Positions 38,401-48,501 of a stretch of DNA of 64,000 nucleotides are shown piece after piece. Source of the stretch: a virus; the IMG/VR virus record IMGVR_UViG_3300025892_000010; one strand, 5' to 3'. The translations under genes and the position numbers were made by a program. The notes below the pieces were generated by a model. It saw only the letters and a program-made list of their open reading frames with translations. It searched no databases and had not been told where the DNA came from. Numbering within the stretch: the first letter of the stretch is position 1; every line of letters starts with the position of its first letter.

Positions 38401-39221
38401 TATTCGTCAACCTCTCCGAAAGGATTTCTTTCTGTAAAATCTAATATATCATCTGCTGTTGATACCGTATCATAACCAGCAGAGGCGTTCATATCTAAAT
38501 TACTTGCATAATTAGATTGTACGGCTATTGTATCTGTACCGTCAAAAGTTTCTAACATTAATAATGCTTTTTGACCTGTTGAATAATCAAAGTAATCTTC
38601 TAATTCAATTGAACCATCACCTGTCAATGCAACTTGACCAGATTCTAAACCAACTTTATGATTTAATGTATTTAATGAATACTTATCTTCAGCTTGGTCA
38701 AGTATTTCTTGACCTGTATTAATCTCTTCATTTGCATATTCAAATCTAGTCACTCTTAATTTATAAACAGGTAAATTTCCTAATTGAAAGAATGGCTCTT
38801 GGTCTTCAACAAACTGAATTTCAAAAAATGAATTCATTAAAGGTAGATAAATTATATCTCCCTCGTTTGGTCTGCCTACTGCAATTAAATTAGCTTTACT
38901 TGCTACGTGTTCCTCAAATCTACGTTTAGAAACAACAAGTGTTGTATCTTCTCTAATCTCTAAACCAAATTTGTTAATTAATTCTTGTTCGCCAGCAAAG
39001 CCTTCTTGCGTTTCAAAATACATTTCAATCATATACGAGTCGTCAAAACGACTTGTAGTATCTTCGCCTAATACTAAATCTCTGTTAACTAATGTTCGTG
39101 GTAGGTAATAAACGTCTTGTCCGTAGATTTTTAATCCTTCAATGATTAGGTCTTCGTGCAATCTCTGTTCGGCGTTATTACCAATGCCTCGTCCACCTTG
39201 AAAGTAGTGATTGATTGCCAT
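38400..39221 (-). CDS. gp14: Neck protein
   Basis: YGQDVYYLPR, RPNEGDIIY, PFFQLG, NPFG. Confidence 0.92.
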   Translation of the reverse strand: MAINHYFQGGRGIGNNAEQRLHEDLIIEGLKIYGQDVYYLPRTLVNRDLVLGEDTTSRFDDSYMIEMYFETQEGFAGEQELINKFGLEIREDTTLVVSKRRFEEHVASKANLIAVGRPNEGDIIYLPLMNSFFEIQFVEDQEPFFQLGNLPVYKLRVTRFEYANEEINTGQEILDQAEDKYSLNTLNHKVGLESGQVALTGDGSIELEDYFDYSTGQKALLMLETFDGTDTIAVQSNYASNLDMNASAGYDTVSTADDILDFTERNPFGEVDE

Positions 39222-39226
39222 ACATT

Positions 39227-40033
39227 TTACCCTATCATCATTGCTGGATTTAATTCGTAAGACGTTCTAATTTCTTGTTCTAATTTTTCAATGTCTCCCA
39301 ATGCTTGAGAAAATATTTCTTGACCGTTTAAGGTAACTCCACCAATCATTTGAACACCACCAAATTTAGATAGATTAGCACCCCATTGTCTTTTAAACAA
39401 AGCAGTCACATATCTTTTTAAAAAGAGGTCATTGTAAACGTCTGAATTTGTAGCTGGGTCTAGTTTTCTATAACATTCAATTACCAAATATTCATCAACT
39501 GCTAAATCATTTTTCCAGTCCATATCTATATAAAGTTTATTTTCGTGTTGATTAAATCTCATAGGTTTTTCACCAACTAATATGTGGTCTAAAAAATCTA
39601 AATGTCTTAATACTACATCATAGTTAACAACACTTGTAGATGAGAAGTCGTAAAGGTCATTTAATCTCAATTGGTATCTTACATCAAATAAGTTTAGACT
39701 ACCTTTAGAAGAAAAGGGAAATATATTAATTACAGAAAGAATAGAAGATGGTATAGCTAACCAATTCTGTCCTTCTTTCCAAGTAGTTGTATCAGAACCA
39801 ATAGTTGCCGTTTCTGAAGCGTCTGCTGTCATTCTAGCTTTATCAGCTGCTGTGTATTGGTATTTTAAATATGTTCTTTTAACACCATCATAATGGTATT
39901 GAGCAAAGTATTGTATAGCCTCATCAATTCTATCTTCAAGTTGGTCGTCATCAACGTTGATTTCAATTACAGGCTTACCTAATGCTCTTAAAGCATATTG
40001 TTTTAAATTTTCTCTAGTTGCTGGTTCTGCCAT
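39227..40033 (-). CDS. gp13: Neck protein
   Basis: LGKPVIEINV, KRQWGANLSKF, GGVTLNG. Confidence 0.93.
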   Translation of the reverse strand: MAEPATRENLKQYALRALGKPVIEINVDDDQLEDRIDEAIQYFAQYHYDGVKRTYLKYQYTAADKARMTADASETATIGSDTTTWKEGQNWLAIPSSILSVINIFPFSSKGSLNLFDVRYQLRLNDLYDFSSTSVVNYDVVLRHLDFLDHILVGEKPMRFNQHENKLYIDMDWKNDLAVDEYLVIECYRKLDPATNSDVYNDLFLKRYVTALFKRQWGANLSKFGGVQMIGGVTLNGQEIFSQALGDIEKLEQEIRTSYELNPAMMIG

Positions 40034-40069
40034 TTGTTATACCCTATTCTGGTATATTTATAATAGTTA

Positions 40070-40774
40070 TTACAAGTAGGGTTGGTTTTCTGAAACAAAC
40101 GGAAACAAGTTGTCCGAACAGAATAATTTGATATCCTCTTCAGGTAAACCAAGTGATTGCATAACTCTAGGTGTATGTGGATTCTTTTGTTGATGTTCAG
40201 AGTAGTAATTTTGTGCTTTAATTACATCTTTCATATCAGCTTCGCCTTCGTGATTTCTAATTTTGTCAATATAATTATTTAAATTAGAAACGGCCATTGT
40301 ACAAATTTTATTTAATTCTTCTTCTTCTCTTATATTACCAGCGGCTATCATACCTCCCGAGAAGATAGCCTTTGCCCAATCTGGTAACTCTCTCTCTTTG
40401 CTCGGTTTAAATGATTTGTTTTCTTCTATAAACCATTTTGTTAATGGGTGGTCTTTTTGTAGTAAAGGACTAAAATCGTGAAAAGCACCTGTTACCTTTT
40501 TTTCACCTGCAATAACATCAAAACCATAAATTGGTCCACCATTTGTTAACATAGGAAATAAACATAGATGAGCCATCCAGAGACCTTTTGATTCTCTAAC
40601 ATCAACTACATCTAAATGAGCACGTCTAATATATCTATTATTCCAGGTTCTATTTACCCAGCCTAATTTTTCGTTATTGAATCTTTCCATACCTGGTTCT
40701 TTATATTCAACCAGATTTTTATTTAAGACTTCAATAGTCTCATTACTCCACTTTATTAGTCTGTCCCAAATCAT
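40070..40774 (-). CDS. pcyX: Ferredoxin-dependent bilin reductase, PcyX/PcyA-like (start probably MIWDRL at 40774)
   Basis: RRAHL, PIYGFDVIAG, GAFHDFSP, RELPDWAKAIFS, QNYYSEHQQKNPHT. Confidence 0.85.
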   Translation of the reverse strand: MIWDRLIKWSNETIEVLNKNLVEYKEPGMERFNNEKLGWVNRTWNNRYIRRAHLDVVDVRESKGLWMAHLCLFPMLTNGGPIYGFDVIAGEKKVTGAFHDFSPLLQKDHPLTKWFIEENKSFKPSKERELPDWAKAIFSGGMIAAGNIREEEELNKICTMAVSNLNNYIDKIRNHEGEADMKDVIKAQNYYSEHQQKNPHTPRVMQSLGLPEEDIKLFCSDNLFPFVSENQPYL

Positions 40775-41342
40775 ACATTTCCTTAAATAGTTTTGTTGCA
40801 CTTTCAAAACAAAATATTGCTTCTGGCAACACATTTACCTCATATAAATTTAAATAACTTTCAACTCGTTCTTTTACAATTCTCTTATATTCTTTTGCCT
40901 CGCCGTGTTTAAATATATAGTATCTATTAGGTCCAGGCGTTTTTTTCATTATCATTTGACCACCTGATAAATCACCTAAATGTCTTACATAAACGTGAGC
41001 ATATAATTTTTCATTCTCACCTCTAATAGTTTCTAAATGTTCAACGTAAGCTTTTGTACTTTCAGTTTGAACAGGAGGACTACCTATATCTCCCCATAAT
41101 GCTCTGTAATCATAAAAAATATGAGGCGCTCTTGGTAGATTTAATGTGTCGTGAAATAAAGAACTTTCTAAACAATACTCTTCTAGTTTTCCATAACAAA
41201 TTAATTGATTATATAAGTAGGTTGCATATAATTTTTCATCAATAGTACCTGATAATAAAAGTTTAACAAAGTCTTGTCTCTCTGCGTTTTTATGATATTC
41301 CCAAGTTAAATCTTTTATTCTATACTTCTTCTCGTTGTCCAT
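40743..41342 (-). CDS. hemO: Heme oxygenase
   Basis: Proximal His in EYHKNAE; AHVYVRHLGDLSGGQ. Confidence 0.92.
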   Translation of the reverse strand: MDNEKKYRIKDLTWEYHKNAERQDFVKLLLSGTIDEKLYATYLYNQLICYGKLEEYCLESSLFHDTLNLPRAPHIFYDYRALWGDIGSPPVQTESTKAYVEHLETIRGENEKLYAHVYVRHLGDLSGGQMIMKKTPGPNRYYIFKHGEAKEYKRIVKERVESYLNLYEVNVLPEAIFCFESATKLFKEMYDLGQTNKVE

Positions 41343-42084
41343 AATCTCTATCACTTTCTTCTAAAAAGGGCTTTTCTCTTACAAATTGGTTATCTTCAAC
41401 ACCTTTTCTATGGTCAATAATTTTATTTTTATCTAAAGGATAATCTTCAGGTGTTTTATGGTCAATAAAGCCTTGTTTTACTTCTTCAATTTGTCTCTTG
41501 GCATCCATTTCTCTCCAATCACCAAACATTTTAGTTTCTTCCCATACTTCCTTTGTATTCATAAAAAAGTCAGACATACCAACAATTGCTTTGATAGTAT
41601 CTTGTCTTGCTCTTGTAAATCTTTTTTTATCATAATCTTTTAATGGTAATAAAAAGGCGTTTACTTGTTCTTGTTCAACTTTTAATACATCTTTAAATAA
41701 ATCTACTAATACACCATAAACAACTTGAACAGAAAATCTATTAATTGGTATTTTATAATCAGAGGACCAAGTGCCGACTAGACTATATTTTTCACAAAGA
41801 TAATCTGTGCCTTCAACTAAAGCTGGTACTTTTTGATAAGCAGGTGCTCCACCGATTGTATTGTTTAAGGGAAACGGCCATAACTCTAGCCATTTATGAG
41901 TAAAATCTTTTGCGACTTCGTGAGTATCAAAGTCCCAATCTTTCATTAATAATTCTATACTATTAATGAGAAACCAAATTTGATACCAGTAAGTAGCTTG
42001 TTGCTCTTTAGGATATTGTTTAAACTTATCTGAAAAGATTTCGTGTGTTTTGAATCTTAAATAGTTTTGTTTCGTTTTATACAT
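41320..42084 (-). CDS. Hypothetical protein, possible divergent globin fold
   Basis: EVAKDFTHKWLELWP and INRFSVQVVYGVLVDLFKDVL resemble globin B/C and G helices; overlaps hemO start. Confidence 0.4.
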   Translation of the reverse strand: MYKTKQNYLRFKTHEIFSDKFKQYPKEQQATYWYQIWFLINSIELLMKDWDFDTHEVAKDFTHKWLELWPFPLNNTIGGAPAYQKVPALVEGTDYLCEKYSLVGTWSSDYKIPINRFSVQVVYGVLVDLFKDVLKVEQEQVNAFLLPLKDYDKKRFTRARQDTIKAIVGMSDFFMNTKEVWEETKMFGDWREMDAKRQIEEVKQGFIDHKTPEDYPLDKNKIIDHRKGVEDNQFVREKPFLEESDRDYGQREEV

Positions 42085-42126
42085 TATATTCCTTCATAAT
42101 AAAAATAGTTAGTCAAAAACTATTTA

Positions 42127-44367
42127 TTAATCACCTGGAGATGAAGCCCAATGGGTTCGGTAGTTATTACTACCCCAAGATGAAATCGTTTGAGTATAGT
42201 ATCTGTAAGGCATAATGTCATATAGATACGTATTGTTATTACCTGCGTAACCACAAGTTAACAATTTACCGTGTGAATCTCTAGCTGCAAAGTTTTGAGC
42301 AGTTGGATAACCGTAGCAATGTAAGTCAACAAGTTTCATATTGTTAGGAACGGTACCTCTTCTTTTTCTATGTCTGTTTTCAGAGTTACCTTCAAACGCT
42401 TGCTCTGGCATATGTTCCCAACCATCTGAATCATTACTCGGATCCGAGTTAGTACCTGAAGGATAGAAACCTTGAGAATAACCACCGTACCATACTTCAC
42501 CTGATTCATCAAGTATTAGAGGGAAATCATATTGATAAGAACCATCACCTCTGTTTTCGTTCATACCTGCAACGTATCTTACGTATTTTGGTCCTCTTAA
42601 ATGAGACATCATTCCGTGAATACCACCAGAGTTGTACCAGTAACCTTGTTGTGAACGTGTACCTCTACCGCCGTATGTTCCGTAATTACCATCATTTACC
42701 CATAACATACCAGTTGATTTTTGTCTCATATACATCCATTTGTGTTCGTCACCACCACACCAAAATTCATCAATGTCGCCGTTTAAATGGAAGTCTGTTC
42801 TTTGAAATTGTGAAATATATCTAGTTGAGTTATCACCTAAGCCGTACATACCAGGAACTTGACCATTCGTTAAGTAACCTGTGTACCACATATATCCTTC
42901 ACCATCAAGTACCCAAGTACCTGCTTGTGATTGATTTGAATATGACCAATGTTGTAATAGTCTCATACCACCGTATAAATTCCAGTTTACTTCTACTCTT
43001 CTTGGAACATAGTAATATTTTGTTCCTTGAGAAGTGTGTGAGCCTTCACCTGTTCCACCACAACCGTGTAAATTTTGTCCCCAGAACCATAAGTATCCGT
43101 CTTCATCAAGAGCGTGGAAAAACATTTCTTGGTTACCGTTTACCCACAAATCAACAATTCTTTTACCATTAAAAAATTCTTGAGGAATTTTAACAGGTCT
43201 TTTAATATGTGTTCCATAAAAAGGAAAAGTATAAGGCGAACCACCAGTAAAGTTAGTTGAGTTATTAATACCAGGATTACCTAAACCACCTTGTCCTTCA
43301 TTATTGTAACCCCACGTCCATACTGAACCGTCTTCGCCTAATGCAAACTGCATACAACCATTACTATTTTGACCTTGACCTGAAGAACCAATTTTAACCA
43401 TTTTAGTTTCGTTAAATGAACGTATTGTTTCACCTAACCAATCAACGGTATCAGTTGCTGATACTCTGTTTGTGTAATTTCTGGTTGAAGTATTTGTGTT
43501 ACCACCTTCATTATAACCTAATTGATATTGACCGTTATAACCAGCAGAATAAACTTCTCCGTTATTAAACAACCACCAAGATGTGTCGTTTGCTGATATG
43601 TGTTGAATACATTTAGGTGCTTCACCATCTGGTGTCACCATATTTCCTGTGTATTCGTGACCTTTTACTAGGTCTTTATTATCAGTTGAAGTCATCCAAT
43701 CAACAAAAGTAAAACCTACGTTTTTAGGAGAACCACGTCTTGCGTTACCTGATTGTCCATCACCCATACCAAATTGACCAGTCTGGTTATTACCACCGTG
43801 ACCAAAAAAATCACCGTCTGAATGAATACAACCAAGTGTATAGTTGTGTTGTTGTTCTCTTGAATTTCTACCCATATTGTACTTCCACCCTAAAGGAGCT
43901 CTATTAGTGAAAGATACAATTTTATTTCTATCTGGATGTTTGTAAGGTGATTCGTAAATTTTCACCCAATATTCACTTGTTGTTCCATCGTGTTCAACAA
44001 CCCAAGTGTTATAACGTCTTGTTCTTTTTATACATTGGTAAATTTTTCTACCAACTGAACACATTTCTCCTGGCTCATATTGTCTGTAAAATTCCCATTC
44101 ACCAACGTCATCTGTTGAACGTAAGAATAATTGCCAGTATTTTGCGTTGTCTGGTCTAAAAGACTTTTGAACTAATCTTTGAGGATCCATTGAATAGTTG
44201 GATGTGTTAACCATCCAATCACCTGATAATGTATATGCAATAGGGCAATCTCTTATACATCTATAAGATTTACCTTTCCAAGCAACAATATCATTTTTGG
44301 AATATGCTGTTCTATCTCTCCAAGGACCTTGCCAAGTTAGTTTAAATTGTTCTAATTCAAAAGCCAT
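42127..44367 (-). CDS. RCC1-repeat beta-propeller tail/adhesin protein
   Basis: GEVYSAGYNGQYQLG, GSVWTWGYNNEGQGG repeats; N-terminal WxxxxxYxxxD module. Confidence 0.75.
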   Translation of the reverse strand: MAFELEQFKLTWQGPWRDRTAYSKNDIVAWKGKSYRCIRDCPIAYTLSGDWMVNTSNYSMDPQRLVQKSFRPDNAKYWQLFLRSTDDVGEWEFYRQYEPGEMCSVGRKIYQCIKRTRRYNTWVVEHDGTTSEYWVKIYESPYKHPDRNKIVSFTNRAPLGWKYNMGRNSREQQHNYTLGCIHSDGDFFGHGGNNQTGQFGMGDGQSGNARRGSPKNVGFTFVDWMTSTDNKDLVKGHEYTGNMVTPDGEAPKCIQHISANDTSWWLFNNGEVYSAGYNGQYQLGYNEGGNTNTSTRNYTNRVSATDTVDWLGETIRSFNETKMVKIGSSGQGQNSNGCMQFALGEDGSVWTWGYNNEGQGGLGNPGINNSTNFTGGSPYTFPFYGTHIKRPVKIPQEFFNGKRIVDLWVNGNQEMFFHALDEDGYLWFWGQNLHGCGGTGEGSHTSQGTKYYYVPRRVEVNWNLYGGMRLLQHWSYSNQSQAGTWVLDGEGYMWYTGYLTNGQVPGMYGLGDNSTRYISQFQRTDFHLNGDIDEFWCGGDEHKWMYMRQKSTGMLWVNDGNYGTYGGRGTRSQQGYWYNSGGIHGMMSHLRGPKYVRYVAGMNENRGDGSYQYDFPLILDESGEVWYGGYSQGFYPSGTNSDPSNDSDGWEHMPEQAFEGNSENRHRKRRGTVPNNMKLVDLHCYGYPTAQNFAARDSHGKLLTCGYAGNNNTYLYDIMPYRYYTQTISSWGSNNYRTHWASSPGD

Positions 44368-44388
44368 TTTTTTACCTTTTTAATTTTA

Positions 44389-44808
44389 TTATATAAGTGC
44401 TGGTAAACCTTTGTCGGTATATACAGCATTTATATCACTCTTTAATTGATTATGAGCAGTTTTTACAGCGGTTACATCATTAATTAATGCGTCATACACT
44501 TCAACTTTTGAATATGTATCATCAAAAGTTTGTTGTAATGTACTTCTTTCTAACATTAATGATGGTGTCATTCTTAAATCTTTAAGAACCACTAAATCAC
44601 CTGCGTCTGTAGCATCCATAACTTTTACACCATACTTGGTATCATTTGCACCAGTTGTTGTAATTGTTACCTCGCCGTCATCATAGTAAGAATAACCATA
44701 TCCGTCTATCGTCATCAACGCTACGGGGCCTTCTCCACTTGATACAGCAGGATGTACGTAATCATCTTCAAGAGCTATTTCTTTTACTCTGAATACTTGT
44801 TTTGCCAT
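44389..44808 (-). CDS. Hypothetical late protein, possibly a fibre chaperone
   Basis: Own late promoter and SD; lies between adhesin genes. Confidence 0.5.
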   Translation of the reverse strand: MAKQVFRVKEIALEDDYVHPAVSSGEGPVALMTIDGYGYSYYDDGEVTITTTGANDTKYGVKVMDATDAGDLVVLKDLRMTPSLMLERSTLQQTFDDTYSKVEVYDALINDVTAVKTAHNQLKSDINAVYTDKGLPALI

Positions 44809-44849
44809 TTTAGTTTTCTCCTTTAGTATTATTATTTATAATATAATTA

Positions 44850-47800
44850 TTATCTTCCGTGGCCTTGATTATAAGCCTGACCATTTGTTGAAGTCCAACC
44901 GTGTGTCCACCAATTGTGTCCTGTCATCCAGTTGTTTCTTCCCCAATGATAAATTTTTCCGTGTTCATCTGTGTATCTGTAACCACCAGCATATTCAGAA
45001 CCACCTTGGTCATCTGTTGTGATGTGCATAGTTATTACTCTAGCGCCAGCAGGTGTCACCCAATGGAAAGGATAGTAATTACCGTCTTCACCTTGCCAGT
45101 TTGTACCCGCCTGTGGTTGCAACATAGAATTTCTTGAGTCATAACCATAACAATAATTTTCACCACTATCAGTTATCCAAAATGCTCTACCTTGGTCTGA
45201 ATGGTTACAAGAAACATAAGCTTCTTTAATATTGGTTACTTTCTGCATAGTTTGAGGTGTACTATATGAACCATTAGTACCAGTACCACCTATGTAATAA
45301 GATTGTGAAGAACCTACGTGATAACAAGTACCATCTTTTGTTCTCATATACATTGTTTTGTAACCGTTCCAGTACATAACCCAAATATCAACAATATCAC
45401 CACCTGGTGCAACTTCAGTTTTTGTTAACTGCGTGTTGTTATTTGTTGTACCATCACCAAAGTTACCGTAGTTATTTTCACCACAATTCCATATGTAGCC
45501 ATTACCATCTAGTAAGGTTACCCAACCATCATCACCATTACCTTGAATTTGCCATACTGCGATACCGTTGTTAGCAACAGGATCCCAACCTTGCATTTTT
45601 GTAGGTCTGTATTTGTCAGTTGTAGTTGTATCACCTAATTGGCCGATACCGTTATTACCGAAAGCGTAAATGTGGTCGCTTGCTGTTCTAACATATGAAC
45701 TTCTATTTGTTGTAGCAATATCAATAATTTTTTCGTTATCAAAATACTTATTAGGTATTCTGTAAGGTGCATTTTTATTTTGTGTTCTACCGTCACCTAA
45801 TTGACCTTGGTCATTATAACCCCAAGACCATACCGTACCTTTATCGTCAAGTGCTAGAGTATGATTTGTATTATCGCCCCAATGGTCATTGGTTACTTTA
45901 ACAACTTTTACGTCTTCTAAACCGTGAACTCTAAAAGTACCGTTTCTATCGCCTTGTTCAGTACCGATACCCATTTCACCGTTTGAAGATTCACCCATTA
46001 CATATAATTCTCCGTTATCCATTAACCAATAACATCTTTCACGACCTTCTTGAATTTGAATACATCTAGGAGTGTGTAATGGTTTTCTTACCGTACTTCT
46101 ATTTCTACCTCTATTTTCATTGTAGCCTGTGTAGTTTAAGTCTTCACTTCTCCACCAGTCTCTCCATCTAAAATTAATTTCGTGATAGTATGAAGAATAA
46201 TAAGAACCGTATGTTTGGAAACCTGTTCTAGGATAGTTAATACCCCAGGCAACACCATTTTTATCAATATGTCTATATTGTGAATCTTGGTGTGAAACCG
46301 TCATTGTGTGGTGTTTGTATGGCCAAGCAATTGGACCTTTGTTAGGATACCAAGCGTGTTGTTCATTATTAGTATTTGTTTGTTGTCCAAAATCTTCCCA
46401 ATCGTTCCAGTATGAACGTATGTGAGCAGGATATTCTTGATATGTTTCTTTAATTAGTTTACCACTTGTTGTTGTAGATTTTGTCATCAATGGAGAAGTA
46501 GTCATTTCTTGAGGACCATAATGAGGAGGTCTACCTTTTGAATCTCTTATACATCTATACATACCAGTTGGCGACATAGGTTGAAATTCAGCCTTTGTAC
46601 CGTCTGGTCTTCTTTTTCTTTTTCTATAAATTACAACATCATTGTATTTGTAATGAGTATGAGGGTCGTACTCACCTCTAAATCTGATACCTGTTTGCAT
46701 CCTGTCCCAATGTTTGTAACCTCTCCAAGTTTCTTCAACGTTCCAACCTAAATCTTGGTACATATCATTTTTTGAAGCTGCTAAACAGAAAGGATAAATC
46801 TGTTGACTTCTCATTTTAAAGAAGCCGATTGGTATATAAATTTCTACGTGTCTGTCTTGATTTTTCTTCCAAGAGTATTGTTGACCACCTCTTGTTAAAC
46901 CATTTTCAGTTGTGTATGCTGGCATATCACCTGTGTAAGATGAACCATCATTTGATATACTATCTGTAAAAGTTGTTTTGTATTGAGCTTCTGTAACCTG
47001 TTTATTGTTTAAGAAGTATCTTACAATACCATTTTTGTTAGCACCTCTGTACATAGGAATGTTTGAAGGAGCGTATGCTCTTGCTCTTGAATTAGGAGTT
47101 ATTGTGTCTGCTGACCAACCCATTCCAGAGTGTTGTGTGCAATAGTAGTAAAGTTTATCAATACCTTTTCTAATTTTAATTTCTGTGTATGCACCTTTTT
47201 TACCAGGTGTACCTACAACGGTTACGCCAGTTGTATATTCTGAACCTGAAGCGTGTGTTCCGTTAGCAGTTGTAGAAAATCTTAATGGGTGTCCTGTATT
47301 TGAGGCGTCTGATTGGTCAAATCTGTAAGTTTTACCTTCACTTAAATTTAATGCAACATCACCTGTAGCAGTTGAACCATTAATTGAATATTTGTTTGTT
47401 GAACCTGTGTTATAGTAAGGATGATTAGTAGGGTTACCTGAAACTACAGCAACCTCTAAAATTCTTTCATCAACAGCAGTTGGGTCAATCATATCAGGTA
47501 AATAAAAGTTTGTAGAACTTTCATTACTTACCGTTTCATTATTAGGACCTCTTTGTATTTCAGAAAAATTAATTGTAGCACTTGAACCTGCGCCACCCAT
47601 TCTAGTATCTTCAGCATTTGCACCTGCAGCTGATAGATATAAAGGATAGAAAACACCTGAATCACCTGTTGTAGTTTCACCAATTACAAAATATGGTCCG
47701 TCTTCATCAGCGGCTAATGATGTACCTGGTGTTGCGTTATGAATACCATCAGCAGTTGTTGAAAAGCCTAATGGAAAAGTTTTATTTGATTCGTCTCTTT

Positions 47801-48479
47801 GGTCAAATCTGTATTTGTATCCTTCTTTGAAGTGTGTAAAGTGTCTGAAACCACCACCATTACCACCAAAGTTTTCTCTACCTAAATCTATACTAGGTAA
47901 TCTGTTATCAAATTTAAATCTGTTTGAAGGAGATGTTTGAACATCTACTCTAAATTGGTTTTCTACTGGTATATAATTTTGAAAAATTGAAATTTTGTTT
48001 GTATTTAACTCACCATAACCGAAGAAATTACCTCTGTCTCCCATAACGTAATCTTCCTGGTCATTTAGTAAATGAGCTTGATAGTCTAGTAAGTAACCAC
48101 CGTTAGCAGAGTTATTTGAAAACCAGTTTGCTTGGCCAAATCTTTGACCATTTCTAGTTGACTCTTGCGTGTTTTCGTCACTACCATATCTTGAAGTATT
48201 GATAATAGGATTACCTGTTTCATTACTTCTTTGGAAGTCATCATCTAATACGTGATAACCTCTTCTAAAATCGGGGTCGTTTGAGTATGTTCTTGTCCAA
48301 AAATAACCTGTGTTTTTATCACCAGGAGCATAGTTGTCATAACCATTTGATAAGTAAGGATTAGTACAAATCCACAAAGAGTTGTCAAACCAACAAACGT
48401 CATCTTTACGATAGTTAGTATCGTTATTCCAATCTCCTTGGAAACTAAATTTTACTCGTCCTAAATTTATTTTTGCCAT
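44850..48479 (-). CDS. RCC1-repeat tail/adhesin protein with internal cupredoxin-like domain
   Basis: VWSWGYNDQGQLGDG repeats; GHPLRF...YYYCTQHSGMG. Confidence 0.75.
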   Translation of the reverse strand: MAKINLGRVKFSFQGDWNNDTNYRKDDVCWFDNSLWICTNPYLSNGYDNYAPGDKNTGYFWTRTYSNDPDFRRGYHVLDDDFQRSNETGNPIINTSRYGSDENTQESTRNGQRFGQANWFSNNSANGGYLLDYQAHLLNDQEDYVMGDRGNFFGYGELNTNKISIFQNYIPVENQFRVDVQTSPSNRFKFDNRLPSIDLGRENFGGNGGGFRHFTHFKEGYKYRFDQRDESNKTFPLGFSTTADGIHNATPGTSLAADEDGPYFVIGETTTGDSGVFYPLYLSAAGANAEDTRMGGAGSSATINFSEIQRGPNNETVSNESSTNFYLPDMIDPTAVDERILEVAVVSGNPTNHPYYNTGSTNKYSINGSTATGDVALNLSEGKTYRFDQSDASNTGHPLRFSTTANGTHASGSEYTTGVTVVGTPGKKGAYTEIKIRKGIDKLYYYCTQHSGMGWSADTITPNSRARAYAPSNIPMYRGANKNGIVRYFLNNKQVTEAQYKTTFTDSISNDGSSYTGDMPAYTTENGLTRGGQQYSWKKNQDRHVEIYIPIGFFKMRSQQIYPFCLAASKNDMYQDLGWNVEETWRGYKHWDRMQTGIRFRGEYDPHTHYKYNDVVIYRKRKRRPDGTKAEFQPMSPTGMYRCIRDSKGRPPHYGPQEMTTSPLMTKSTTTSGKLIKETYQEYPAHIRSYWNDWEDFGQQTNTNNEQHAWYPNKGPIAWPYKHHTMTVSHQDSQYRHIDKNGVAWGINYPRTGFQTYGSYYSSYYHEINFRWRDWWRSEDLNYTGYNENRGRNRSTVRKPLHTPRCIQIQEGRERCYWLMDNGELYVMGESSNGEMGIGTEQGDRNGTFRVHGLEDVKVVKVTNDHWGDNTNHTLALDDKGTVWSWGYNDQGQLGDGRTQNKNAPYRIPNKYFDNEKIIDIATTNRSSYVRTASDHIYAFGNNGIGQLGDTTTTDKYRPTKMQGWDPVANNGIAVWQIQGNGDDGWVTLLDGNGYIWNCGENNYGNFGDGTTNNNTQLTKTEVAPGGDIVDIWVMYWNGYKTMYMRTKDGTCYHVGSSQSYYIGGTGTNGSYSTPQTMQKVTNIKEAYVSCNHSDQGRAFWITDSGENYCYGYDSRNSMLQPQAGTNWQGEDGNYYPFHWVTPAGARVITMHITTDDQGGSEYAGGYRYTDEHGKIYHWGRNNWMTGHNWWTHGWTSTNGQAYNQGHGR

Positions 48480-48501
48480 AGTTTTTAATCTCTCTTATTA
48501 T

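Noticed and set aside
40070-41342. Cyanophage assignment based on heme oxygenase and bilin reductase
   Set aside because: No psbA/hli genes in view, ferredoxin is not plant-type, and bS21 with def fits an alphaproteobacterial host better
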